A DNA stretch of 64,000 nucleotides from Octopus bimaculoides (Eukaryota), in NCBI RefSeq assembly GCF_001194135.2, contig NC_068996.1, positions 36,477,123-36,541,122 of the forward strand. The letters run 5' to 3'. How positions within the stretch are numbered: the stretch's first letter is position 1; every line of letters begins with the position of its first letter. The notes under the pieces are model-generated. The model was not told the origin of the DNA. It did no database searches and was given only the letters and a program-made list of their open reading frames with translations. The translations under genes and the position numbers were made by a program. Positions 11,667-25,924 of the stretch are shown here, one piece after another.

Positions 11667-13924
11667 TCTTGAGATACTTATAAAATATGTTAACGTTGAA
11701 GGTATTCAGGTTAAAAATGTGGCGTTTATTAAAGTGAAGAAGCAAAATATGATGTGCCAGTTCCATAGATTTCCTGAGTGGATGGTTAATTTCTGCAAAT
11801 AACTGCTTCAGAGCGTTCTGTATGCCAGGGTTTTTTTAGTTAAGAAACATTTGCATGATGGTAGTCATTATTACACTTTGCTGTGGTGGATGATGAACGG
11901 GTGGTGGGGTGGAAGAAACGGTAGAGCACTGAACTGAAAGCCTTGCGCAGTGTTCAGTTTCAACCCTTTTTATTCTGGGATCAAGTCTTGTCAAGGTTAC
12001 TCTTTACTCTTTACTCTTTTATTTGTTTCAGTCTTTTGACTGCGGCCATGCTGGAGCACCGCCTCTAGTTGAGCAAATCGACCCCAGGACTTATTCTTTG
12101 GAAGCCTAGTACATAGTGGGAATAAACCCGGAACCATGTATTTTTTTTCTATATTTTTTTCTTTTTTGCATGTCAACTTTTCAGAACTCGGCAGAATAAC
12201 ACGTAGATGGAGGTCCTTTAATTACTATTAGCATTATCATTAAATGGAAAGAACTGCAGAAACACAGAAATTCAAAATATTATTATTCATTTTTCCACCG
12301 AGGTCAGCATTTTCCTTTCATCCTTTTGGGGTCGATAAAGTAAGCCCCAGTCAAATACTGGGGGTTGATGTAATTGACTTACTTCCTCTCCCTTGAAATT
12401 GCTGACCTCATGCTAAAATTTGAAATCATCATCATCATCATCACCACCACCACCACCACTATCACATCATCATCATCATCACCATCACCATCACCACCAC
12501 CACCACCACCACCATCATCAGCATCAGCATCAGCATCATCATCATCATCATCATCATTATTATCATTATTTGTTTTCACTTCTCAACTTGGCTCAGCTCC
12601 TGTTTCTTGGATTTCTACTGTGATTTGTTTTGGTTATATTGTTTCCTAGTACTCTATACAATGTGCGTGTGTGTGTGATGTTTTCTGCACATTGTATTGT
12701 GTTTCATTTATGTATTTGCACAGTTTTTTTTATCACTCCCATGTCATCTATCATCATCATCATCATCATCATCATAACATCATCTATTTCTGTTTTTACT
12801 TTCCGCATTCCGGTTATCTCCATTTCCAGATCTTTATGTTTGGTCAATTTTCAATTTCTTTTGTATAGATACATTATCATCTCTTGTTCAGACTGATATT
12901 TCAACTGCAGTAAAGATAGCGAGGGAGGAAGGGGCGGTGCACTTGCGTTTCTGCTCTGGTCTTTTGATCTGCTTTAATCCTTTAAATAATTAATTAATTA
13001 ATTAATTAATTAATCCTTAACTATTTCCATAATTAATTGAAACATAAATTAAGCAGAGTACTTTGTCAGAAATAAGGTCACAAAAGGGTTAAAAACAGGA
13101 ACCAGACCTGAGGGGCAACATGCTTCATCATAATGATAAAATATTGATAGCTAGAATTATTGATTGGATTTCTTTGTTTGATCAGCTACATTGTTGGCAT
13201 TGATCAGCTCATGCAAAACTGACAAAAGGCATCTCAACACCACCACCACCTACAATAACAACTACAACAACAACAGCGATTTTCTCATTGTGCATTGTTT
13301 GTTCAGACTTTTACATCATAAATTGGCAGAGGTATGTGATACGTTTCACAAAGACCATTGTCTGTTTCATTTAATTATTAATGTATTTTCGGTCTTATCA
13401 ATGGAATATGGTTGATGCAGTTCCCTGGCGAATCAATGTCAGTTAACTGTGGCAGCTAATTACATGAGAGCATTCGAGAGCGTTCACTAGAAGACTTGAT
13501 AGGTCAGTGGTATGTCAGTATGGCTGTTGGAACCACAAAGCAGAAGGTGTGTGTGTATGTGTGTGTGTGTGTGTGAGTGAGAGAGAGAGAGAGAGAGAGA
13601 GTTTCATTATTTTATTTAAAGCATTAAATAAACGGTGATCGTTTTCTACAGGCATAACTGTATAATTATGAAGCTCGTTTTGCAGCCACATAGTTTTAGG
13701 TTCAGTCCTAACATGTGGCACTTTAGCCAAGTGTTTTCTACTATAACTCCAGACCACCTAATGCTGTGTGAGTGAATTTGGTAGACTGAAACTGTGTGGA
13801 AGCTGGTCATATATTTGTGCATGTGTGTGTTTGTGGGACGCGGTTGTATGTGTGCCTGTATGTTGGAGTGGTCTGTTATGGAGTAGAGACTGAAATATAA
13901 TCTCCAGAGTAATCCTTTCAACTA

Positions 13925-14455
13925 TAGGCACAAGGCCTGAAATTTTGGTGTAGGGGTATAGTCAATCACATTGACCCCAGTACACAAAGGGTACTTATTT
14001 TATTGACCCTGGAAGGATGAAAGGCTAGGTCAACCTCAGGTCAACACATTTTAGCTTTCAAACCTATACTTAATCACATCTTTCTTGTTTCAGTCATTTG
14101 ACTTTGGCCATGCTGGAGCACCACCTTGAAGGATTTTAGTCAAACGGATCTACGCTAGTACTTTATCTGTTTTTAAATTCTAGTATTTATTCTATTTGTC
14201 TCTTTTGCCATTCCATTAAGCTACGGTGTTGTAAACACACCAACACTGGTTGTAAGCAGTGATTTGGAACAAACACTGGCACACACATGCACACACACAC
14301 ACACACACACAGATATGTATGACAGGCTTTCTGTTTCCAGCTACCAAATCTACTTGCAACGGTTTGGTCAGCCCAAGGCTGAGAATGAAAGGACGGATGA
14401 AATGCTGCTGAGCTTTTCGCCCGGTGTGCTAAAGATTCTGCCAGCTTGTAGCCTC
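13925..14455 (-). mobile_element. SINE family A (ggcggtgagctggcagaatcgttagc head), interrupted by a local duplication
   Basis: Antisense family A from ataggcacaaggcctgaaattttgg to caacctcagg (~14040), resuming at 14381 (gagaatgaaaggacggatgaaatg...tgctaaagattctgccagc). Confidence 0.85.
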
Positions 14456-16129
14456 AAACTCCAGAATAATGGTAGGTTAGTTATGGTATCATGGTGGTAT
14501 GAATGGTTACTAGTGGTAGATGAGTGTAGTATTTAGATGAATGGATGGTAGAACTGCTATGAATGGTAAAACTGGAATATTAGTGGTATATAAATGGTAC
14601 AGCTGGTAGATCGATTGTGGTATGTTATTGGAATGGAAGGTAGATCAAGAAAATCTGTGGTGGTATGAATGGTACAACTGGAATATTAATGGTATGATTG
14701 TACAATTTGTATGTCTGTAGTATGAAGGGTATGACTGTGTGTGGAAATGTAAGGGAAGGAGTGTTTGTTGAGGAGGTATGCAATGTAGTTGTTTCTTTAC
14801 ATTCTGAGTTCAAATACAGCAGAGTTCAGTTCTAATATTTGTGGTGTGAATGACTAAGTACCAGTCAAATATGGGCGCTTAATATAACTTGATTGTTCCC
14901 TCTGCCTATATGGGTGATCTTGTATCTGTTAAGTAAATGGTATTAAAATTATCACATTGCTTGAAGAATGCATCTTTGGATTAACATATACAACATTCCT
15001 GATAATAACATGTTAATTCCCTTCTGGGATTTTCATTCAACTAGAATCATTAATTATATCTTGGTTTAGCAGAATCATTGGTGAAAGACCAAACATCTTG
15101 GAATATCAATTTCCAGATCTTTTCATTCTAAGTTCAAAATCCCACAGAAGTTAACTTTGTCTTTTATTCTTAAGAATTCACTACAATAAAGTACCAGTTA
15201 AATACTGGGGTTGATTTAACTGATGACCCCTTCCTCTTTTAATTTATGGTCATGTGTCATGTCATCATAAGAAATCATTAATTAGATCTTAACTGGAAGG
15301 TGGGGGTGGAATATAGGGCAGTTGATGCTTTATTAAAATGGTGGAATATGAGGAAGGCACTTCAAGTGAGAGGTGTTGACTGTTTGAACCTAAAAACATG
15401 TCATTCATTCTTGGAGAACATTTGCATTGTTTGGTTCTTGTATCTCAATAAATGTCTGGTTGATGTTGGACAATGGTAATACTAATATTTGTTCTGACAA
15501 AATCAATAATATAGTATGCGTTTTGTGCGTTTGTGTATGTTGTATGTGTGTGTGAGTGTGTGAAATTAATATCGTACGCTGTCACATATAGCTGAGTCAA
15601 CAGGATATTGGAATTCATACGAAAGCAATGAAGAATGGTTTATATGCTTTCACTGGCACTGTAAAGACTTCATAATCAAGACACATGAAATAAACTACTT
15701 TCTTGTCTAAGAGACGGATGAAATAAACAGCATTGAGATACTGTTGAACAGCTCTGTTAATTACAGCAGTGAATAATCAGCAAGTGGTTCTTACCAAAGT
15801 TTTGGAAGACCATAAGTCGTGAGACTCATAAGACTGAGGTAGTTGCTTAATTTTTCACATAAGGTATTCTAAAATCTAAATCAATTAAAAATCAATCATC
15901 ATCGTCATCATCTTTTAATGTCCATTTTCCATGTTGGCATGGGCTGACCCATTTGACCAGAGCTGGAAAGCCAGGGGGCTGCACCAGGATCCAGTCTGAT
16001 TAGGGCTGGATGCCCTTCCTAATGCCAACCACTTTACAATGTATTCTGGGTGCTTTTAACGTGGCACCAGCATGACCACTATTATGTGATGCCAGCATGA
16101 GTGCTTTTTACATAGTACCAGCACAGGAA

Positions 16130-16745
16130 TCTTGTGGGCCAATCCTCTACCCCAGGGGATGTGGCTTTAACAGTTCTGCTGTGGAGGACAAATCTTGTTT
16201 ACAGCAAAACTCCAGGTTACACTTGGATCTTGTACAATGCATGGTTAGTTTCTCAATTCAAAGCTTTTATTTCCTACTGGGATCTTGTAATGGGTCTCTC
16301 TTGTTTGACAGGCTGTCAAGATGCATAGCCCAGAGATCAGGGAATCTCTCTAGGTCAAGCTGCTACTTCTCCACTTTGAGAGATCACCGCTTTAGTACTA
16401 CAGACATGTGGTTAGAATGTCATAGGAAAGAATCACAAGATGGATTCTTCAAGCTGAGTCATTTGGCAGGAGACTTAAGAGATGGCTGGATAACATCCAT
16501 AGTCTCAGTTGGTCATGTTTGGGAATTCAGCTGGAATGTCTAATGATTGTTGCTTCTGATAGAAGCCTTTAGATGAGGTGCCTGAGGACTCTAACCCATC
16601 CCCAACTCTCCCAGGAATAGAGAGAAGGAAAGCTGGATGGATGGGTGGATAGAGGGATGGATAAATCAACTGAATTACCTGCTCCCAAATTAATATGTAA
16701 GTGGTTGAGTATTCCACAGACATGTGTACACAGAATGTAATTCTC
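16130..16745. mobile_element. Probable old LINE-derived remnant (family not assigned)
   Basis: Complex, less AT-rich sequence between repeats. It ends in gtggttgagtattccacagacatgtgtac, which I recall as an octopus interspersed-repeat motif. No diagnostic protein motif found. Confidence 0.3.
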
Positions 16746-18089
16746 TTGTAGAATTAGCATAACATAGTACTGTGTGATATAGCTGTACTTTTAAGGTACT
16801 TTTAAGCTGTACCTTTTGAATTACAGATAGAGTGCATCTTAAGGACTTCTATGGTTTCCACCTGCCCAATTTCACTCACAAGGTATGGGTCAAATCAAGG
16901 CTAGAGAAAATTAAATTTGTCTAACAGGCCATGCAGTGAGATTGAACCTGAGACTTTGTGGTTGTGATGTAAAAAACTCTTTAACCATTTAGCCATGCTA
17001 CACTTACATGTCTTGTTATATAATGTAATTATAATTGAATTTTATATTTAGTGAATCATGATTTCCTCATGAATTTTGCAATCCACCACCTAAAAAAAAA
17101 AAAATGATAGAATGTTAACAAAGATGTTAACAAAATAATTATTAGAAGCCACTTAGAAAGCAAGCCATTACATTAGGCTCAAGAGACAGGATGAGTGGTA
17201 CAGCAGGAATGAGTATGTAGGATGGTAGAAACATCTGACTTAACAAAGTTCAAACTGTTGTGTGGGAGTTTTGTTAACTATACTGATCAGTGGCCACAGG
17301 CAGCTCTGGTGTCATGGTGGAAGGGGCCAAAATACCTACAGAGCTGCTTCATCATTTGATGAGACATTGACTCCTGCAGCACAGTAGCACCCTCAGCATA
17401 CAAGTGCTTACTTTAAATATCCCTTTCCTCTCTTTAAATATATAATGTGGGGAGGATATATTACAGTGAGGTGTCTGGTACATATGTAAGAGATCAATAA
17501 CAATAAAATTGCTTCTGACACCAGCAATTTTTAAGGGTAAGGGGCTAATCTGTACCTTTGACACCAGTATGGAACTGGTATTTTATTTTAAAAAATAGTG
17601 ATTTAACCTAAGCAGAATTTGAACTCATAACGTAAAGGGCCAGATCAAATAGCACAAAATATTCTTGTCAGATGATGTAACAGATTTGCCAGTTTTTCAC
17701 CCTAATAGTTTCTTTCTACTATGAGCACAACACCTGAAGTTTTTGTGGAGGGGACTTGTCGATTACGATGACCTCAGTGCTTAACTGGTCCATTGTTTTC
17801 ATCTAACCCAAATGGATGAAAGACGGCATTTGAACCTAGAACGTAAAGCCGTAAGAAATATCACCAAACATTATGTCTTGCACAGTAACAATTCTGTCAG
17901 TTTGCTTCCTTTGTCACCCTAATAACGATAAAATTAATAAAAAAGGATTTCCGGTCTTGGCATAAGGACACCTATTTTCATGGAAAGGAAAGTGGTGTAA
18001 ATATCACTGTTTGTTACTGAATCAATTGCACGATTTTCCAAAATATCACAGAACTCCTGTTTGTATTTTACAAACAACCCCATTACTAC

Positions 18090-18660
<571 letters not shown>

Positions 18661-19371
18661 CATGGTGAATTGTAAGAATTGTCATAAAAATGTGTTGATT
18701 TATTTGTTGATTTTTTTTGCAAGGAATTTAGGAATGTGACACATTTCAATGTTGGTTAATTCCCTGCAGGTATGTCTTTGGACAAATCAGCATATTTTAT
18801 GTCATGGAAACATTCCAACATCTAATTCTTGATGTAGACACAATCTTTGATAATAAGGGGGAAAAAAAAAAGAACACGTTGATGTTGATGTTACTGTTGG
18901 TGGTGGTGGTGGTGGTGGTGGTGGTGGTGGTGTTGATATCATTCTTCTTGTTGTTTTTGATTTTGGTGTTGTTGTTGTTGCTGGTGCCGTTGTTTAGTGC
19001 AAGTTCGGTGTCAACAGACTGATAATCAAAAGCATCAAGCTATGACCACTGTTCTTTCTTTCTTTCAGTCTTTCTTTTGTTCTTTCTTTCAGTCTTTCTT
19101 TTATTCTTTCTTTCAGTCTGTCTGTCTTTTGTTCTTTCTTTCAGTCTGTCTGTCTTTTGTTCTTTCTTTCTGTCTCTCTCTTTCATCTCTCTCTCCGTTT
19201 TTCTTTCTTTCTTTCTTCATTTCTTTCCTGCTTTCTTTCTTCCTTCCTTTCTTTCTTTCTTCCTTCCTTTCTTCCTTCCTTTCTTTCTTTCTTCCTTTCT
19301 TTCTTTTCTCCAAATTGTCCTTCCTAAGAAGACATTAGTACATAATTAGCAGTTTAAGCAACCATATAGAC

Positions 19372-19762
19372 CAATGGCCCTCAACCATTTTCCCCCCTCT
19401 ACGAACCCATTTATTTACCATCCTATTCTGGTGGACTCCCTTTACCGTTGCATGTTTAAAAAACTAGTCTTATAGATACCTCTTTCAAAATTCCTATTTT
19501 GCATTTTACCTGTTCACATGTGTAGGCTTGCGACAGAACTCTCTGAGAAAACTCGTTTCAATTATTTGAAATATGTTGAAATATGTTAAACATTAGAGAA
19601 AAAACCCAGCTGTTTCTTACAATAAGTACTTCTAAAGCAAAGTTTTTTTATTAACCCCTAAAATACTACAGTGGACTGCCAATTTACTGTTTTGCTTGTG
19701 TGGACCCCCAAAAGCTTTATATGGACCCGTAGGGTTCATGTGGATCCCATTGAGAATAACTC
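19372..19762 (-). mobile_element. Monomeric copy of the same hAT MITE family as 9436-10212
   Basis: Its reverse complement matches one left arm plus one right arm (tcaaccatttt...aaaactagt...aaaattcctatttt...agctgtttctt...ctaaagcaaa...ggacccc). TSD atatagac/atctagac. Confidence 0.8.
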
Positions 19763-19944
19763 ATCTAGACACTTCCTTGTTGGTTCACAGAATACTTTTC
19801 TTTCTCCATTTCTGTAGACGATATAATTGGTATGGAACCATTTTATTAAACATCATTTCTCTAGTAGCACTCACCAAAATATTTTCATATTTAATTAATT
19901 TTTATTAGTGGAACTTGAAGTAGATAACGATATAAATAATCCTT

Positions 19945-21145
19945 TCTACTAAAGGCACAACGCCTGAAATTTTGGGGATGGGAATAAGTCGATTTCATCA
20001 ACCCCAGTGTTTCACTGGTACTTAATTTATCGATCGTGATAGGATGTAAAGCAAAGTAGATTTTGGTGGAATTTGAACTCAGAACATAAAGTTGGACAAA
20101 ATGTCTCTAAGCATTTTGCTTGAAATGCTAACAATTCTGTCAGCTTGCCACCTTGATCAAGATATAAATAACAGCATGTTAATATTGGGTTAGAAGAAAA
20201 CCCTTTGGAAAGCTTTATCTACTTTAAGCTCCTCCAATAAAAAAGAATTATTTCACATTCTCTCAAAGTCTCTAAATTCTCATGATGTAAACAGCAATTT
20301 CTATATTTATCACTTCATATTTATTAGTTTTGCCAATGTTTTTGTTAAATATTGTTGTTTTATAAAGAACAAGTTGGGTTCAACACTGTCAGTTGGATAG
20401 GTTTACTCTTTTACTCATTTAATTGTTCCAGTCATTTGACTGTGGCCATGCTGGGACACCGCCTTTAGTCGAACAAATCAACCCCAGCACTTATTTTTTG
20501 TAAGCCTAGTACTTATTCTATTGGTATCTTTTGCTGAACTGGGACGTAAACACACGACCATCAGTTGTCAAGCGATGTTGAGGGACAAACATACACACAC
20601 ACACATATATACAATGGGCTTCTTTCAGTTTCTGTCTACCAAATCCACTCACAAGGCTTTGGTTGACCCGAGGCTATAGTAGAAGACACTTGCCCAAGGT
20701 GCCACGCTGTGGGAATGAACCCAGAACCATGTGGTTGGTAAGCAAGCTACTTACCACACAGCCACTCGCAAATTTTAACATCTTAGCATCTGAAAAATCT
20801 CGGAAGAATTTTCATTTTCAAAACTGTTCTGTCTCACTTTTCCTCTCCCTCTTCTCTTGATCCCACCCCAACCCCAAAAGGATAGAAAGACAAAATCCAT
20901 CATACTGTGATTTGAACTTAAAAGCATAAAACTGGAAAAATTCCACTTTGCATCTTGTCTGCCATGCTGGTGATTTTACCAGATTCTGTTGAGTTCAGTT
21001 CAAATTTTGCCAAGGTCAACTTTGCCTTTCATCCTTTTGGGGTCAATAAAATATGTACCAGTTGAATACTGGGGTCGATGTAATCGACTTATCCCATGTC
21101 CTAAAATTGATGGCCTTGTGCCTATAATAGAAAGGATTATTATTA
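19945..21145. mobile_element. SINE cluster: family A (-, 19945-20155), family B (-, 20400-20768), family A (+, ~20960-21145)
   Basis: The diagnostic motifs taagtaccagt...actggggtcgatgtaat and cagtcatttgactgtggccatgctgg appear in the stated orientations. Confidence 0.85.
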
Positions 21146-21539
21146 TTAAAAAAATGGTATACTTTAGACAGAAGAGCTTCTAAAGCACCATTTATAACTG
21201 AAGAAATGATAAATTATTACTGTTGTTGTTGTTGTTGTTGGTCTTGTTGACAATGGCAGAAAAACAGTTGAAAACCAGAAATTCTCAGAAAGCCAACCAT
21301 GCTGAAAAAAATCAATACCAAACCAATTCTATTCTCATACACTGCTGACAATCAATAACAGACTTGGTGCTAAAATGGTAGGTTTACTGTTAATACTCAA
21401 CTTTGGTCTTTTGTCTGCATTAATGCCAGAATATTTGGACAAGTGGAAAATACTGGATGGGAAATATTAATACTTAGTAACTGCAATGAGTTCTTTGTAA
21501 CTTGTCATGGAATAACACAGAGAAACAGTGGCGGGAGAG

Positions 21540-22170
21540 TAGGCGGAGGGGGGACAAGAAAAGGGAGAGTAGGTGGAGGGGGACAGGAGGGGGAGGGGGG
21601 ACAAGAGGAGGGAGAGGAAGATAATGAAGGTGTATGAAAGAAAGAGATGGAGATGAGTATGAGAGGATGGTGTGAAAGAAAGGAGTTTGTTACATGGAAG
21701 TAGAGAGAGAGAGAATATAGCAATAGATAATGATAGAGGCAGATATATGGTAATAGATGGTGATGGAGTGTGAGAGAAAATGAAAGATAAGTGAGAGGAA
21801 CAAAAGATGGTAAAGATGAGAGGGAGAGGGGGAGAGAGACATTGAGAGAGAGAGAAAACGAAAGATATGGCAAAGATAGGAGAGAGAAAGAGAGAGGGAA
21901 TGAAAGATATGGTAGAGGTGGGAGAGGGAGAGAGACGAGAGAGAAAATGAAAGATATGGCAAAGATGAGAGAATGAAAGAGAGAGAGAGACGGGGGAATG
22001 AAAGACAGTAAAGATGAGAGAGAATGAAAGATATGGGGAATGGTGAGAGAGAGAACAAAAGATGCTGTAAAGATAGGAGAGAGAGAGAGAGAGAAAGTGA
22101 GGAAAGATATGATAAAGATGAGAGAGACAGACTGAAAGTGGTATGGGAAGAGAGAGAGAGAGAGAGAGAT
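21540..22170. repeat. GA-rich low-complexity minisatellite
   Basis: Recurring gaatgaaagatatggcaaagatgagagag units plus (ga)n. This explains the 233-aa and 256-aa S/L-rich ORFs. Confidence 0.9.
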
Positions 22171-22270
22171 AGAAACTAATTTGCTTATATTTCTCACTCT
22201 GTCCACCTGCCCTCCTCACACTTCTTTTTCCATTCATTCTTGTTTTTTTGTTGTTGTCTGGTCATGTGTT

Positions 22271-22326
<56 letters not shown>

Positions 22327-23509
22327 TGTCCACATGACATACACCCAATTTTTTTTGTTTTTGTTTTTCTCTTTGCATGATATAAATTTCCCAAACCGTT
22401 TTTGACATCCTCGTTTCCATGGCAGTAAGGAATGGATGCTTTTGTAAATTTCTCTGTTTTGCTCTTCATTAAAGAATTCATCTAACCAGTTTTTCTGTCA
22501 ACAATCAGTTAAAGGAATAGGTTTTTGGCCTGCAGATCAGTTAATTCAAATATACCATTCCTTGATCAAGTGAAGAATGGTATCTCCGCATACCAAAATA
22601 TCAATATTTTCGCAGTATGGTCAGGGAACTGCTTTCTTCCATTATCCATTTTGTTTTTTTTACCTGTTGTTCTTATCTGTAGATCAATCCTGGTTAAGTA
22701 AACGACATTCTAGCCACGGCTACCATAACCACAGGCAACTGCCAGTATATTTTACCTTTTTCGTTTGAAGATGGCAGAAAGTAATTTGATAGGCATTTTG
22801 CTCCTATTTCTAGCAGGGTGAATAACTATGAAGATTCTCATTCCTGTAGGTTGTGGTTGTGGTGGTTGTTGTAGTTGTGGTGATGGCACAAGTGGAAGCA
22901 AACAAATGATAAATACATTAGTTTCAACTGTTGAAGTTCCTCCGCATTTATCAAGGTTATTAATGAGACTAACAAGGTTAATGGTTCTCCCAAAACTACA
23001 CAATATATGTGGTCTTGAATTTTTTTTTTTTCTTCCGAGATCAACCTGAGAAGCAGTATGAAAATTCATAAACTGAGTATTCTTGGTACTCCATGAAATA
23101 AACATCTACTTCAAAATCAACAACAATGATCTACAAACAATATGTTGGATCTGTCCTGTCCTCAAGGTCAATGGTCCATGTCTTATCATTACCATCTTGA
23201 TGAATCTAATCTCTGATCCTGGCAATACTCTAATCTACAGTCTTGATTGGGGCCTAATCTAATCTCTAGCTCTGACTGTGCCCTAATTGCCAAACCTGAT
23301 TGAGCCCTAATCTTTCTGTACAAATTGAGACTAACAAGGTTATTAATGAGACTAATTTGTTTATTGATTCTCCAAAATCCGCACAGGATATGGTATGTCT
23401 CAGAATAACATGGCCTTGAATTTTTTTTCTAAGAACTATCTGAGAAGCAACATGAAAATTCAAAAACTGAGAACTTTTGGGAATACACAAAATAACAAAC
23501 AGCAACTTC

Positions 23510-24360
23510 AAAAACTTTGGTTTGAAGGAATCATAGCACTGACCAATACCTACAACCATTCTTACCAATACTACCAACTCCCCAGAATTTTGAATAAAAA
23601 AAACCTAACCAAAAATATACCAGCCTCCTAAACACAACTTCAGAAGTCTTAGAAAGCCTCATCTTTGACATCATCAATCCACACATTCTTTGTTCATAAC
23701 TCAAAACTTTTGATTGATACCATTCCATACCACAATACTTGCAAAACTGATGCAAAGATTGCATGATGCCATTGAAAGCCTTATGTCTCCCTCATGAGCC
23801 ATCTTAACTACATTGATCTTAGCAGCTATTTTCTGTGACCTGCTTTAACAGGAAAAAACAAAATAAAGGAAATACCTCTTTGAAAAACAACCAAAATTCT
23901 TGCCAACTAATTCGTAGGTTGCCAAATCTATGTTAAGTATAATGACAAAATAACTTGAATCTGTAAGTTCTCAAAGTACCATAAAGTGGTATCCTCTTAA
24001 CCACTCTTTTTAACCTATAATTACATAATGTTTCATCATACAGTAAAACACACATATGATAAATTGGTTATCTACTGCTTACCATTCACCAGACAATTCC
24101 AAACCTACATCAATCACCTAGAAACCTGACTCCAAGACAACAGACTAAAAGTAGCGCCAACCAAATCACTGTCTCCTTTCTTTCCTGAAAACCAGACAGC
24201 ATCAAATACAATTGATCATTATGCTCAGCAGTGTAAACATAGCTCACTCATAGAAGACAAAAGATAATGGAATTAACATAAATACCTTTACAAGGTGGTC
24301 CACAACATGCATAAAATATAGAAGGCGAGACATATAGCAATTTAGAGCAACCATAGGTGC
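23510..24360 (+). mobile_element. Decayed LINE reverse-transcriptase fragment (Jockey/I/CR1-like)
   Basis: KYTSLLNTTSEVLESLIFDIINPHI at ~23613 resembles YRPISLLxxxSKxLExLI. AAIFCDL resembles AxFxDL. QIYVKYNDK and KVP*SGILLTTLFNL at ~23973 resemble GVPQGSxLSPxLFN. Multiple stops and frameshifts. Confidence 0.8.
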
Positions 24361-24539
24361 CATATTTCGGCAACTGAAAGGAACAATTACAACAATGGTC
24401 TCCAAACAATATGTTAGATGTGCCCTTATTTCCAGGTCAGAGGTTCATGTCTTACCATTGCCATCTTGATGGACATAGTCTACAGTCTTGATTGAGCCCT
24501 GATCTCTAATTCAGTCTGTTCCCTAATCCTCAATCCTGA

Positions 24540-24740
24540 CAGGGCCCAAATCTGCAGCACTGACTGGGCTCTAATTTCCAATGGTGACTAGACCCTAATC
24601 TCTATTTTTGACTGGGCCCTAATCTCCACTTCTGACTGGGTCCTGATCTCCAGTCCTGACTGGGTCCTGATCTCCAGTCATGACTTGGCCCTTAATCTCC
24701 AGTCCTGACTGGGCCCTAACCTCCAGACTGAGGCCCAAGT
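24540..24740. repeat. 22-bp minisatellite
   Basis: gactggg(c/t)cct(a/g)atctccagtcct is repeated about 8 times. Confidence 0.9.
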
Positions 24741-25166
24741 CTTTCTTTACAACTTGCAAAAGAACACAAAACACCCCCAGTGCACATCCTTACAGACCAC
24801 ACGCACAAACTACACAAGGAAACAAGAATTCTTAGAATGAAAACTACCAGGATAGCTTGTTACTCAGCAAGCTCCCAGATCCACCCCACCCTCAACATTG
24901 AGTAAATTACTACATCTGGATACGTTCCTTTATGATAAATGAAAAATAAGTATACAACTTTGAAATATTTGGTGTTGGGGAAGAAGCCTGTTATCAACCA
25001 AGTAGACTGCTGGAAGCATGGTTTGCATTCTTTCAGTATGAACATGCCTAATATTGAACTGTCAACCTTCTGGATCAGTAATAGTCTGTACTATGTGTAT
25101 ATATTGTCTACAGCAGTACTATATAACACATTAGTGCTATAAACCATGGTTGTTCAGAAGTATATA

Positions 25167-25396
25167 TTGGGTTGGTGCATAAATATTGCGGCTTTTATTT
25201 CAACAAATTTTGTTCAACAAAAACATCTTTGAATTATTATTCTGGAGCATATTCACTATCTACTTCAATTACTGCTTCCCATTTGCTTGGCAGATGGTCA
25301 GACCATCATTTAAAGATGTTTTTGTTAAATATTGCTATTGCTTTTGTTGAATAAAATTTGTTGAAAAAAAGCCGCAATAATTATGCACCAACCCAT
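25167..25396 (-). mobile_element. Internally deleted mariner element (MITE-like)
   Basis: Long TIRs ttgggttggtgcataaatattgcggc...caacaaattttgttcaacaaaa, inverted at ~25340-25396, with TA flanks. The minus strand reads DHLPSKWEAVIEVDSEYAPE*, matching the mariner transposase C-terminus LPxRWxxVIxxxGxY. Confidence 0.9.
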
Positions 25397-25924
25397 TATT
25401 TAGTTTCTGTTTAGAAATTCTTATTAAAAGAATTTCTTATTGTCTTCTCAAATAATTTCTGGTTATTATGATTTCTTTGTTTTTTTAAAATTTTGTGTCT
25501 TAAATAAATTAAAGAATATCGATAGGCAAGATTATTGGATGTTGTTACACATCACCAGTCACAATGCGCTTCGCACTGTTTTAACTTTTAATTGATGCCA
25601 CCCCACTGGCTAGGAGAGCAGGCCAACATTCCACAACTCCAATTTCAGTTGGCTTGATGGGTCTTCTCAAGCACAATTCCACTAATTTGATTTAACTAAT
25701 TATACATATTTAGTAAGTTGAAGTCTTAAAATAAAAACCACAACCCATGTAAATGTAATATTTTCGCATGGGCAGACATGTTTTCATGGAATCTTAGAAA
25801 TGAAAGTCTGTGACACTTGTTAACAACTAGCATACGTCATCAAAACAGAAAAGCACTAACACATGCTTATTTACTAAACAGCCATGCTTGTGTGTAATAG
25901 GTGCAAAAATTTCTTGATTGGAAA

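Noticed and set aside
21467-22237. 256-aa and 233-aa ORFs
   Set aside because: Translations of a GA-rich minisatellite (S/L/F-rich low complexity) with no domain content.
22400-22800. Short protein-like frames on both strands (SVNSNIPFLDQVKNG... on +; KNWLDEFFNEEQNREIYK... on -)
   Set aside because: Competing frames with no consistent exon boundaries and no recognisable motif.
24540-24740. CRISPR-like appearance of short tandem repeats (also 8690-8960, 29340-29520, 50417-50668)
   Set aside because: No unique spacers of uniform length, no cas genes, and an animal genomic context.
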